DNA from: the human T2T-CHM13v2.0 reference genome, Homo sapiens
Length of the DNA: 64,000 bases
Assembly: GCF_009914755.1 (NCBI RefSeq)
Contig: NC_060925.1
Strand: one strand, 5' to 3'
Each line of letters starts with the position of its first letter. Position 1 is the first letter of the stretch. Position numbers and translations under genes: made by a program. The notes beneath the pieces were generated by a model, which ran no database searches, was not told the origin of the DNA, and worked only from the letters and a program-made list of their open reading frames with translations. Below, in pieces: positions 1 through 11,139 of the stretch.

Positions 1-305
1 AACTAGTGGGCTCTGCTTCTGGGGGTTGCCTGGCTGTCAGCTGAGGCCATTGGGAGTGACTGGCCACATGTTTCTCATTGTCCCTCAGGCTAACTCTGGT
101 CACATGACAATAACAGCTTTCCAAGAGTATGAGCAAAAGCCTCATGGCCTCTTCAGAACTAGGTTTAGAACTCACACAATGTTACTCTAGCTGTGTCCTA
201 TTAGTCAAAGCAAATAACAAGGCTAGCCCAGATTCAAGGGGTGAGCTAAGCAACTCCTGATACAAGGCGCTAAAAAGCACTGTGACTATTTTTACAATTG
301 TCCAC
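1..305. mobile_element. MaLR MLT1-type LTR fragment
   Basis: Motifs ctattagtcaaagcaa...aaggctagcccagattcaagggg typical of MLT1. Confidence 0.55.
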
Positions 306-1254
306 ACTTGTCCTGCATCCCATTTTCTAGAATAATCCATTTTCTTATATTTTATATGAGAAAATTTCCTGTTTCTTATATTTTATATACTCAGAAGCAT
401 ACTACTCTTTTGTGCATCACTTTCTTTTACTTTCTCAGACACTCTTTCATCTCATCAGCATATCAGAAGTATTTTATTCTTTTTAGTGGTGAATTTTTGC
501 ATTATCATTTTGCTGGGCTTGCCTCACTCCCCTGTCTCTCCATTATCTTTGCTGTATCTCAATGCTAAATGCTAAATATTATAAAAACAATCTTCTCTAA
601 AAGTGTCCCCTTGACTTTCTCCCTCTGCCTCTAACAATTTCCTTGGGAATCCTAAAATCCAGATGCCTGGCTGTCCACTCCTTAGGCTGGGTTCCTTTTC
701 ACTTGCTGTAGTAGTTATTATGGGCTAACTTGCCTTGTAATGTTTGACTCACTAGGTCATAAGTTTTTATTTACTTATCTATCTGCACCAGTGATGGTAA
801 GCCCTGTGTCTTGTTTACTTGTATAGCCAAGCACTCACAAGGTACCTGACACAATATAGGCATTCAGTAGGTAATTATTAAATAAATGAATAAACATTAA
901 TTAATAAATAGGTTGATGTAGGTGCATTCCCAAGGTGTTTACTGCAAACTACACCATCTAACTATAAGATCCCCTATAGGGGATTCCCTGTAGGGGATGG
1001 GAATTGCACCTCTTCTCTTTCTTCCTTCTAGCTTGTGACTCATCTTTTACTGGAAGGATACCTTCTTTTAATATCTCCTATCTGATTTCCCATATGCAAA
1101 TCAACACTCTCAGCTTTCATGTGTTCACACCATGAGTACCATCTGCCAGACTCTATCTCTTTATTAGAGTATTTCTCCTCTATATGTGCTTTAACTGATG
1201 AGAGTGCTCTAGAAACAAGAGCCCCTCCCCCATCATTCCTTCATATGCACTTGA

Positions 1255-1815
1255 AAAGAATATGACTGTGTAAAAGTGTATATTGTGTAAATTTTTGTGT
1301 AATGTTTATATATGTCAATTAGGCCAAATATTAATAACATGCTCAGGTCTAGACACTTACTGACTTTTTTCTTTGTTCTGTTACTGTGAGAGGTATTAGA
1401 AGTCTCCTACTATGATTGTAGACTGGTCTTTTCTCCTTTTAGTTCTGGCAATTTTTGCTTTCCATATTTTGTAGCTATGTTCATGAGTACATAGAGATTA
1501 AGAGTTTTTATATCTCCCTGTTAGATTGACACTTATTGTTATAAAATGTCTTTATCTCTAGGAATGCTTCTTGTTTTAAAATCTACTTTGTCTGATATCA
1601 ATATAGCTATACCTACTTTCTTTTGGTTAGTGATTGCATAGCATACTTTTTCCATCCTTTTATTTTAATCTTGCTGTGTCACTGTCATATTTTTCTTAAA
1701 AGTAGCATTTACTTGAATATTTTTAAAAAAGAAAACACATCAGTAATCTTTGACTAATAAATGGAGTATTTAGCCCATTTATATTTAATGTAACTACTGG
1801 TATATTTCTGGTATA
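1255..1815 (-). mobile_element. Old L1M fragment (ORF2 endonuclease region)
   Basis: tctactttgtctgatatcaatatagctatacctactttcttttggttag is the antisense of L1 EN (KAGIAILISDKVDFK). Confidence 0.7.
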
Positions 1816-2320
1816 TTTAAGTAACTTTCCCAAAGCCACAGCATGTTAGTGGGAGAGTGCACACTAGGCATTTCCTGACTTTCAAGTCCAGGATGCTTTC
1901 TCATTCATTACCTCAGACTTGGGTTAAAGGCTGTATTTCCCACCCTCACATCTGCTTCTGCCACTGCTGTAATATTTAGTCCTTCAAGTTCCTTCAGAGA
2001 TATAGGCGGCACCGCTCTGGAATCTTAGCCTGATTCCAGAATAAAGGAATGTTAATAGCCCTCTGTGAGCTTTCCAGGAGCCCACACAATAAGGTTGGTA
2101 GGCTTTCAAAGAAATCAGTTCCATTAGTGAAGTAGCACAAACAATTGTGAATTTCCTTGAACTCACCTGAAAGCCTTAAGATCCAGGAGTAAATTCAGGG
2201 TCAGGACCTTGATGCCATACTACAGGTTGAGAACCCAAAACATATCTAAGGTAGGACTGAATCTAGGACCCACAGCCACCAGCAAAGAACTACCTATGCT
2301 ATATTGCTAGCACTCCCTAG

Positions 2321-2686
<366 letters not shown>

Positions 2687-4753
2687 TAGGGAGGCACAGG
2701 AGAAAACAGTGGTGATCTGGGAAAGCTGGAGTACAAGATGAATGAAACCACTTACCTTCCTGCAGGTGCTCCTAACGTACACAGTGCCTCAGTGCCTCTG
2801 TCTTATGGCTATGAGCTTTACAGCAATCTTTCTCAAACTGCAAAAAGGCCTAACTAAAATCCATCTTGCAATTCCTAGCACTTGCGTTAAGGTAGGCAGC
2901 ATGTCTACACATCCTTCTGTAGGATGTAGGTTTAAAAATATCAGAAGATTTTTTACCCAAAAGATGCCCTTGTGCCAGCCTGCTTTTTCATGTGTAAAAT
3001 ACAACAATTACTGCTACTAAAATTAATTTATTTGGTGCTCAGTGAATGTTTATTTAGAAGCCCTATTTTGCATAGGAAATAGACTTTAGGTACAACATGG
3101 GAATTAACATGGGTTTGAGTAGTATTGGGTTTTTTTGGAGGACTGGTATTCTTAAGGAATTTTTAAACAGAAGATAAGGCACATGTGCAAATAGTCTATA
3201 ATGATTATTATTTGTGGAGTGTTTATTATGCACCTGATTCTTTACAAATATTTCATTTAATGCTTACAACTGCCATGCAAAGTAGGCATTTGTATCCCAA
3301 TTTTACAAATTAGGAAACTGAGATTAAGGAACTGTCCCAATTTCTCAAACCAAATGAACAATGGAAAGAATTTGAACCTCAATGGTAGAAAGAATTTGAA
3401 CTCCAATATGTGTGGCTTTTTCCACTGGTTCCACATTTCTTCCCTACCAATGGTTCATAAAAAGAAGTAGTGAGTTTTCCAAATGGTACAAACAAAATAC
3501 CAGAGAAGTAGAGGTGAGGAAGGTAGTCACTTCCAGGTGTGATGATTGGGGAAGGGGTCATGGGGGAAAGCCACTGAGGTGGGCCTTTAATGGAGTGGGA
3601 GGTGGGTACAGGAGGACAATATTCTATATTCTAGACAGAGGGAATGGCCTCAGCAGGAGGGTGAAGATGAGACCATTTTTGAGTGTGGAGAACAGTATAA
3701 CTTAATATGCAAGATTTATATTGAGAGGCTAGCAGAAGGCAAGGCGGAAAGTTAAATTGAGGCAAGATTGCAGAGTCGATGACAGGCGAAGGAGAAAGAA
3801 CTCTATGAGGCAATAAGGAGCTGTTAAACTCTGCCCCCCAACTCCAGGGATTTGGAGCCATATACAGAAAAGATCTAGAAGAAAAAGAAGGGAGCTACAG
3901 TGCACTGTCACAGTGCTGAACTCTGACAGAAGTGGCGGCGGGGAATGGAATTGATGATTCCAAGGAGAAGGGGAACTCTAAGACCAAAGAGAAGAGGACT
4001 ATAGATTTCAGTGACCAATGGGTTTTGGAGAGTAGAAGAAATGTATGAATCACAAAAACTATAGTGGTGAGAGCCTGGGTGATCAAGAGAACTTTGGAAC
4101 CACACACGGAAATGTGGGCAACAGGAAGAGGTGCTGGCTTAGGGGAAAGAACCACCTGGAAAGTGTCAGCCACACAGGGTCTGTGGTCAGGTATGTTACA
4201 CCGGGGGCCCTGGGGCAGGCTGAATCCGAGGAAGTATCACAAAGGAAAGGAGCCTCCTGAGAAGAGAAGAACCAAGTGAAGGCCACTTCACGGGTAGAGG
4301 GCTGGGAAAGGGTAGGAGAAATAGGAGTAGAAAAATCAACAGAAGGAAAAGAGGTAATGAATTTGGGGTCAAAAAGACAGAGTAGGTAATGACCCTCTAT
4401 AGACTTTGCTTAAGGAGGAAACTTTGTTCTTACAATGAGTGAATGAATGACTGCAAAGAATAAATGAATGCAAAGTTACTCAATGCTTCCATCTGACAAA
4501 GAGTGCGTGAAATAGCCAATCAGTTGCTTCACTATCCAAATGGAGAATATAGCCCACTATACATAAGCCATTTTGAATTATATAAGCTACTCCATAATGG
4601 AGCTTATTAGTGTGGTTCCCGGGCTTGAGCCCAATCTTTTCTTCTTGTGAAACGAAATCAAGATAGTATTGTTTCCCTGTCAATAATGGGTTCTTAAATG
4701 GGCTTGAGCTTTGTGAGCACTGCCAATATCAACACTTACTTTAGAGGCAATCT

Positions 4754-4803
4754 TGATAAAGGAGAATCTGATAAGGCACAAGAGAGGGCAAAGAGGGTAT
4801 AAA
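4754..4803 (+). promoter_or_regulatory. CHIAP2 core promoter: two GATA motifs and a TATA box
   Basis: TGATAA at 4754 and 4769; TATAAA at 4798-4803. Confidence 0.65.
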
Positions 4804-4840
4804 TGGCAGGTTGGATGAGGGACACTACCACTGAGGCAGC

Positions 4841-4865
4841 ATGGCCAAGCTCACCCTCCTCACTG
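4841..4865 (+). pseudogene. CHIAP2: CHIAP2 exon 1 (signal peptide MAKLTLLT)
   Basis: ATG 43 nt after TATAAA; 25 nt then GTAAG, as in CHIA coding exon 1. Confidence 0.85.
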
Positions 4866-5304
4866 GTAAGAGATCGTCTCATCTCTGTACCTCTGAATGA
4901 CTCTCTCCATCTTGTTTTTCTGCCCCTTTAAAACTCTTTTACCTTCAAATTTAAACCAGATCAACTGAGATTTTTGCTTTCGGCAAAAGTATGGGGATGT
5001 ACTGAACAGGGGGACAGCCCCAAATTGCCTGGTGATAGGTTTCTCGCTGCCCTGCTGTCCCCCTCCCTTCACCAAGCCTCAAAGGCTCATGGTACTTTAA
5101 TGGTCTTTTGAATGGAAATACAGGGGAGTGGGTTTCCAGGACAAATCCAAAGGCTTTGCCAGCCTCAGTAGGTTGGTCATCTACAGAGGATCTTAAGAGA
5201 ATGAAAAATAGAAAAAGCTTCCTACTGCTTAAGTGAGGTGACTAATGTATAAAGGCTACTCTACTCACATTCCTCCAGTTCATTATTCTCTCTGTTGCTT
5301 TAAG

Positions 5305-5334
5305 GTCTGCTCCTTGTGCTGACAGCTGAAATAG
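5305..5334 (+). pseudogene. CHIAP2: CHIAP2 exon 2 (GLLLVLTAEI)
   Basis: 30-nt hydrophobic exon, tttaag|...|gtaggt, same size and phase as CHIA exon 2. Confidence 0.8.
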
Positions 5335-6331
5335 GTAGGTATATTTCTTGGGATGAACCACTATATTGTTCCTCTTTTTCTTATTCATAATTTGGAAACT
5401 CAGTACTGCCCTGTGTCCTTCCACATCAGACAAAGAATATTAACTACTCTCTACAGAGTTTGAAATTCCCTAACCAAGTTTAAAGGATTGATACCATTGG
5501 CCTAAAAATCCCAAAGCAGAAACCAACTAGATGGCAGTCTTAAAGAATACGTGCTAACAATAAAAACTAATGTGGTGAGGCAGCTACACAGTGTCCTCTG
5601 CTCTTAAAACATTTTAAAATCTGTCATCTTACTGAGTTTTAAAACAACTCTTCTTTGAGAGGTGTACAGGAAAGGCATTACCACTCCATCTCACAGACCA
5701 GTTAACCAGGGCAGAGATAAGACATATGACCTGACCTAGGTAATACAGAGAGTTCATGGCAGAATCTGAACCAGTAGCCAGGGCCCTTGTCTCTTGGTGG
5801 AAGACTCATTTCCCCCTGGGTGGAATTACTCAGGGAGATATCCAAAAGGGCTAAATAGGCTTATACTATCATCCTTTCTGTGTCTCAGTTTCCAAATGGG
5901 TTAAAATGAGAAAATAATAATACCTCTCTCAAAGGGTTTTGGTGAGGATTCATGAGTAAATATAAGTAAATTTCTCAGAGCAATGCTTGGTACGTAAGCT
6001 GCCACATAAGGGAGCTAGAATACATCTAAATCATAGTTCACTAAGCTTTAAAATTCTATTTCAGCTAAAGGCACTGGTTTCTAAGGTTATTTAATTCTCT
6101 CTTGGAGGAACAGAGCTATCTCTAAGAGATATCTTCAGCCCTGAATTGCCTGCTCATTATTGCCTGCAAATTATATAATTATAGGTTTGCTGCAACATAA
6201 AGTTCTTACATTGACTTTTCCCCTTTCCTTTGAGACTTCAAATAGGGAAATCATTTGGAAATCTGTGGTTTTTAAAGAAATCTGTGACTCACTAGGGAGC
6301 TTGTCTCTCACCTTCTTTCTCTGGGTAACAG

Positions 6332-6533
6332 GCTCTGCCTACCAGCTGACATGTTACTTCACCAACTGGGCCCAGAACCAGCCAGGCCTGGGGTGCTTCA
6401 AGCCTGATGACATCGACCCCTGCCTCTGTACCCACTTGATCTACGCCTTTGCTGGAATGCAGAACAACGAGATCACCACCATCGAATGGGATGACATGAC
6501 TCTCTACCAAGCTTTCAATGGCCTGAAAAACAA
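6332..6533 (+). pseudogene. CHIAP2: CHIAP2 exon 3
   Basis: [14 protein letters not shown]...[11 protein letters not shown]...GLKNK, 202 nt. Confidence 0.93.
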
Positions 6534-6898
6534 GTAAATGACGGAAAACCTGAGTTTCAAATCTTTTAACCTTTAAGGACAGTTTAAACAAGATCTTCCA
6601 CAGCAGACTTCAGGCTGAAATTCCAAACAGGCCAACAAGCAGGTAAATTCAGCTTTCTTATTATTTCAAGTGCAAGAATGACTCTAATTTTAAGGGGAAT
6701 GGCTGGCTCACAGAAGCTAGCTGCTAACTAAAGCCCAGCTCAGTTGCCAAGGGAAGCTTATAAGTCCAACTACTGGTGGACTCAGTTGAGAACAATCTTC
6801 CACTTAGAAGCAATCCAAAGCTGGCATTGATAAAGCATTCAGTCTCCTTGGTCAGGAGATTCACTCCTAGGGAAATAATTGGAACTGTGGAGACATTG

Positions 6899-6993
6899 GG
6901 GTGCAGCAAACCAACATGGCACATGTATACCTATGTAACAAACCTGCACATTGTGCACATGTACCCTGGAACTTAAAGTATATTTAAAAAAAA
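6899..6993 (+). mobile_element. About 95-bp 5'-truncated L1PA 3' end in CHIAP2 intron 3
   Basis: L1 3' UTR end plus poly-A; 16-bp TSD AACTGTGGAGACATTG at 6883-6898 and 6994-7009. Confidence 0.92.
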
Positions 6994-7199
6994 AACTGTG
7001 GAGACATTGAAACATACCAATCATAGTCACCTACTCCAACATTCATAAGTAGGAAATAAGGATAAGAACAAAGATAAACCAGGATGAGAGGCTGCATGAC
7101 ACTTTCCTGGCTTCTTGCTCACTATTGCAGCTAAATGTTGAAATGGCTTCCCTTTCTTTTCATTTGTTCTGGTAAAACACTTTGTTTCTTTTCCCTCAG

Positions 7200-7256
7200 A
7201 AATAGTCAACTGAAAACTCTCTTGGCTATTGGTGGCTGGAACTTTGGCACTGCTCC
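7200..7256 (+). pseudogene. CHIAP2: CHIAP2 exon 4
   Basis: [18 protein letters not shown], 57 nt. Confidence 0.92.
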
Positions 7257-7351
7257 GTAAGTTCTTTTTGGTGATGACTTCCTAGGTTGATTTTACTCTA
7301 AGGTGTTGGGACCACCAAGGTCTCACCCTGCCTTCTTTGGGTCTCCCTCAG

Positions 7352-7517
7352 TTTCACTGCCATGGTTTCCACTCCTGAGAACCACCAGACTTTCATCAAC
7401 TCAGTCATCAAATTCCTGCGCCAGTATGAGTTTGACGGGCTGGACTTTGACTGGGAGTACCCCGGCTCTCGTGTGAGCCCTCCTCAGGACAAGCATCTCT
7501 TCACTGTCCTGGTGCAG
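7352..7517 (+). pseudogene. CHIAP2: CHIAP2 exon 5 (intact [11 protein letters not shown] catalytic motif)
   Basis: GH18 DxDxE motif, 166 nt. Confidence 0.93.
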
Positions 7518-7761
7518 GTGAGCTAAGTTCCAGATCATTTTCACTGGAAAGCATACACCCATCTCATATGAAAGATCACTGGGACCTTAAACCTAGTTTC
7601 CTAGAATTTTATTTGGGGTGAAGGACCTGAAAATCCTATTCCAGTAAGGATGCTGAGGAATGAATGGAAGGATGGAAGAGGTTAATTTAATTCAGTGTCA
7701 TGAACCTCATGAAAGTAAACTTAAAGTTACTATTCACAGACTTTCTCCTGCTCCTGTACAG

Positions 7762-7886
7762 GAAATGCGTGAAGCTTTTGAGCAGGAGGCCAAGCACATT
7801 AATAAGCCCAGGCTGATGGTCACTGCTGCAGTAGCTGCTGGCATCTCCAACATCCAGTCTGGCTATGAGATCCCCCAACTGTCACA
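7762..7886 (+). pseudogene. CHIAP2: CHIAP2 exon 6
   Basis: [11 protein letters not shown]...GYEIPQLS, 125 nt. Confidence 0.93.
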
Positions 7887-8066
7887 GTGAGTGATGTGCC
7901 TTATCTTCAAACCCCTGGAGGTATCACTCAGGCAGACTAGACTTGTCTTTGGTCTGTCTTGCTATTCAGGGACCTTGTTTAGGAGGCTATGGAAGTGGTG
8001 CCTTGTGCCCGCACAGGTATGGGAAATGACCATCAGAATGACTTTAAATCCTCTACCCCACCTCAG

Positions 8067-8190
8067 GTACCCGGACTACATCCATGTCATGACCTATGAC
8101 CTCCATGGCTCCTGGGAGGGCTACACTGGAGAGAACAGCCCCCTCTACAAATACCCGACTGACACTGGCAGCAACGCCTACCTCAATGTG
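8067..8190 (+). pseudogene. CHIAP2: CHIAP2 exon 7
   Basis: [16 protein letters not shown]...YLNV, 124 nt. Confidence 0.93.
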
Positions 8191-8845
8191 GTGAGTCCCT
8201 GTACAGATGCAAGAGCAGACCAGAGATGATGATGAAAATCACATAGAGATTCAGGCACAAAAGGTATCATAAGTTTAGTGGTTTTCTCAAATGAGAAATT
8301 AGGCTGCCATAATCAATTAAATATTCTCATTTACTAAAAAACTTGCCTATTTATTAACACCATACTGATAATTTTACCTAATATGAAAGAAGATTAATAA
8401 CAAGTGCATTGTTTTTTAATAAAAGAAAATGATATGCCACTGCTCCTATTTCAATAAATTATAAAAGGCTTTTTCCACCTTCCCCCTTTTGCTGTTTCCC
8501 TTTTGCCTTACCCATTTTCTACTGTTCTAATCCCTTGCCTATGTATATCATATAGAATTTCGGACATTAACTAATGAATCATACCAGGAATATCATTTTA
8601 AAATCTCTGCTCTTCTATCATATTTTTTTTATCCAAAGGGTATATGTAAAGCCTGCTTGTTATTAAAAGAATTTAGTTGAGAATTAGACCTATCACTTTA
8701 ACAGATATATGTCAGTGATGCTCTAAAATATGTTGCAAGTACTTTGTACAGTGGGCACAACCAAATCGAAAAAAGTTTAGCTAATAATTAATCACTAGGC
8801 CATCAGCTGTGGGTGAGAACTCTAGCTAACCCACTGCCATTGCAG

Positions 8846-9030
8846 GATTATGTCATGAACTACTGGAAGGACAACAGGGCCCCAGCTGAGAAGCTCATGT
8901 TGGATTCCCAGCCTATGGACACTCCTTCCTTCTGAGCAACCCCTCCAACCATGGAATTGATGCCCCTACCACTGGTCCTGGCCCTGCTGGACCCTATACC
9001 AGGCAGTCTGGGTTCTGGGCCTACTATGAG
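8846..9030 (+). pseudogene. CHIAP2: CHIAP2 exon 8 carrying the frameshift (about 8898) and premature stop (8933-8935)
   Basis: [10 protein letters not shown]...EKL then -1 nt relative to CHIA; 185 nt. Confidence 0.92.
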
Positions 9031-9526
9031 GTATACACTCAGAAATGTTAGAGGAAATGTGGCTTTCTCTTGGTCCATGTAGCTAATAATATGAGCAATA
9101 TGCAACAGTTCTTGGATTGGAGCTGAAAGTGGATGTTTGTGGCTATCTAGAAGGGAGGCAAGATAAACCCTCCTGTTGCACCACTTTAATTGGGCCTTCA
9201 CTAGGTCCCTTTGAGGCTAGATTCCAAACACAGAGAGTGTAGGAAAGTAGGCTACCATTAGTGAGAGTATATCAATCTGTAGACACTTCTGACTGCCAGG
9301 GTATTCCTTGATTTAAGAGTTTCTCCCCACATTGAAAATAAATTACTCAAAAGGAGTAAACAAACAGAATCCCAAATAACTAAGAAATTTGCTGGTAAAG
9401 CAATAGACCTTCATTTTCAAGGAGTTTTTATGCAACACTCCTCTACTTCCCCTTCCCCATGTCCTTTTACCTCTGCCACCACAAGGACACTGCCTACCTC
9501 TTGACCTGTACCTTATATTCTGTTAG

Positions 9527-9646
9527 ATCTGTACCTTCCTGAAGAATGGAGCTACTGAAGTATGGGAGGCTTCTGAGGATGTTCCCTATGCCTACAAAGG
9601 AAATGAGTGGCTTGGATACGATAACACCAAGAGTTTCCAAATCAAG
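9527..9646 (+). pseudogene. CHIAP2: CHIAP2 exon 9
   Basis: [10 protein letters not shown]...VPYAYKGNEWLGYDN, 120 nt. Confidence 0.92.
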
Positions 9647-9761
9647 GTAGACTGTGTTCTATGGGTTGTTGTTGCCTGTGAGCATGTTCCCATTATAGCC
9701 CTGGAGCCACAGCTCAGCCTTGGTGTCTGTACATAACTGACTTCCTTTCTAATTACCACAG

Positions 9762-9903
9762 GCAGATTGGCTAAAGAAGAACAACTTTGGAGGTGCCATG
9801 GTCTGGGCCATTGACCTGGATGATTTCACAGGCACTTTCTGCAACCAAGGAAAATTCCCTCTGATCACCACCCTGAAGGATGCTCTGGGCCTGCAGAGTA
9901 CAA
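9762..9903 (+). pseudogene. CHIAP2: CHIAP2 exon 10
   Basis: [20 protein letters not shown], 142 nt. Confidence 0.92.
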
Positions 9904-10551
9904 GTGAGTTAGGGAGTGAGAAGGGACACTAAGCCTCAGACTTAAGAGAAATTCCAAAGGTTCCTTGGAAGTCATGGAGCTGTTGCACAAGTAATTGTCT
10001 GACATTGTCCATTCCTATCTGGTAACAATTGATTAATGGTGGGAAGAACAAACAGGACTCTTCACCATTTCTTCCTTCCTTCATTCATTTCACAAGAAAT
10101 TTATTGAACATCTATTACATATACAGTGCTCTGTAGGTACCACAGGTGATCTAAATGCATAAATATCCATATCTACTCTATGGAAATTTACAATCTAGTG
10201 AGAGAAATTGGATTTACAAAAACTGCAAAGCTAGACAACAATACAGAAGATATTATGTGATACTGTGCCCCCTAAAAGAATAAGTAACCTTCTTGTGAGT
10301 TCATGATAATGAAAAATTTCAATCAGTAAGATGTAAGGAGGAAAAAATGCACTGTGACTTGAAGGATGAGGAAGGAGTTGGTAAGCAAAGGGGTGAGTGG
10401 AGCAGGAAGGATATATCAGATCAGAAGACTGAAATATGTGGAGACATAGAAGGAGGAGCCAAGAACAAAATCCAGGTACTAGCTCTCACACATCAGGTAT
10501 CACTGGCTAAAAGCAAGGAGGTTCAGGATTTGTTTTCTTTTTTCTTCTCAG

Positions 10552-10823
10552 GTTGCAAAGCTCCAGCCCAACCCATTGCTCCCATTGCCGAGGCAAACAT
10601 CACATGCGGTGTCAGCCACAGTGGTAGCTCTGAGGGCCGCTCTGGCAGGAGCTCTGGGGGCAGCCCCAGAGGTAGTGGATTCTGTGCTGACAGGGCCAGT
10701 GGCCTGTACCCTGACCCCACTGACAAGAATGCCTCCTACAGTTGTGTGAATGGAAAGACTTTCACTCAGCACTGCCAGCCTGGTGGTGTCTTTGATACCT
10801 TCTGCTCCTGCTGCAGCTGGTGA
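10552..10823 (+). pseudogene. CHIAP2: CHIAP2 exon 11 (Gly/Ser linker plus CBM14 chitin-binding domain)
   Basis: FCADRASGLYPDP...CSCCSW-stop with six CBM14 cysteines; AATAAA at 10871-10876. Confidence 0.92.
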
Positions 10824-10870
10824 TAACATTTTTCAGATATCACCTCACCCAGCCTCAGAAGTTGTTGTGC

Positions 10871-10876
10871 AATAAA
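10871..10876 (+). terminator. CHIAP2 polyadenylation signal
   Basis: AATAAA about 48 nt after the stop, in the same GCAATAAAA context as CHIA. Confidence 0.75.
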
Positions 10877-11139
10877 AGGTTGAGCATTACTGTACAATCG
10901 CTTCTGCTTCTTTACTGTAGGATCTTAGATGTAATTGATCCCTATTTCCCAATGATATACAGTTGCTCCACCAGCCCCCAAGCCTGCAGCATGCACTGCT
11001 AGTCCTGGATGTTGGGTAGCGGAAGCAGGGGGATTAAAGGAAAATACATGGTCCCTTCATTCTCAAAACATGTATTCAGATGAAGGCTGGGGAGCCCAAG
11101 AATGTAAGACTCAGATAACAATGACCCATAAGCAAATGT

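Larger units (their letters stand above)
4841..10823 (+). pseudogene. CHIAP2: Acidic chitinase paralog, duplicated (unprocessed) pseudogene with 11 coding exons and a 1-nt frameshift in exon 8
   Basis: Exons 4841-4865, 5305-5334, 6332-6533, 7200-7256, 7352-7517, 7762-7886, 8067-8190, 8846-9030, 9527-9646, 9762-9903, 10552-10823, all GT-AG. Sizes of exons 1-7, 9 and 10 equal CHIA; exon 8 is 185 vs 186 nt (CTCATGTTGGA vs CTCATCGTTGGA), giving TGA at 8933-8935. Gene symbol from recalled locus order. Confidence 0.9.

Noticed and set aside
3400-4400. Purine-rich region with several short ORFs
   Set aside because: Probably a decayed LINE (L2-like); no protein family recognised and too uncertain to call.
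6292-6591. Antisense ORFs similar in both paralogs (also 36899-37162)
   Set aside because: Shadows of the conserved chitinase exon 3 on the opposite strand.
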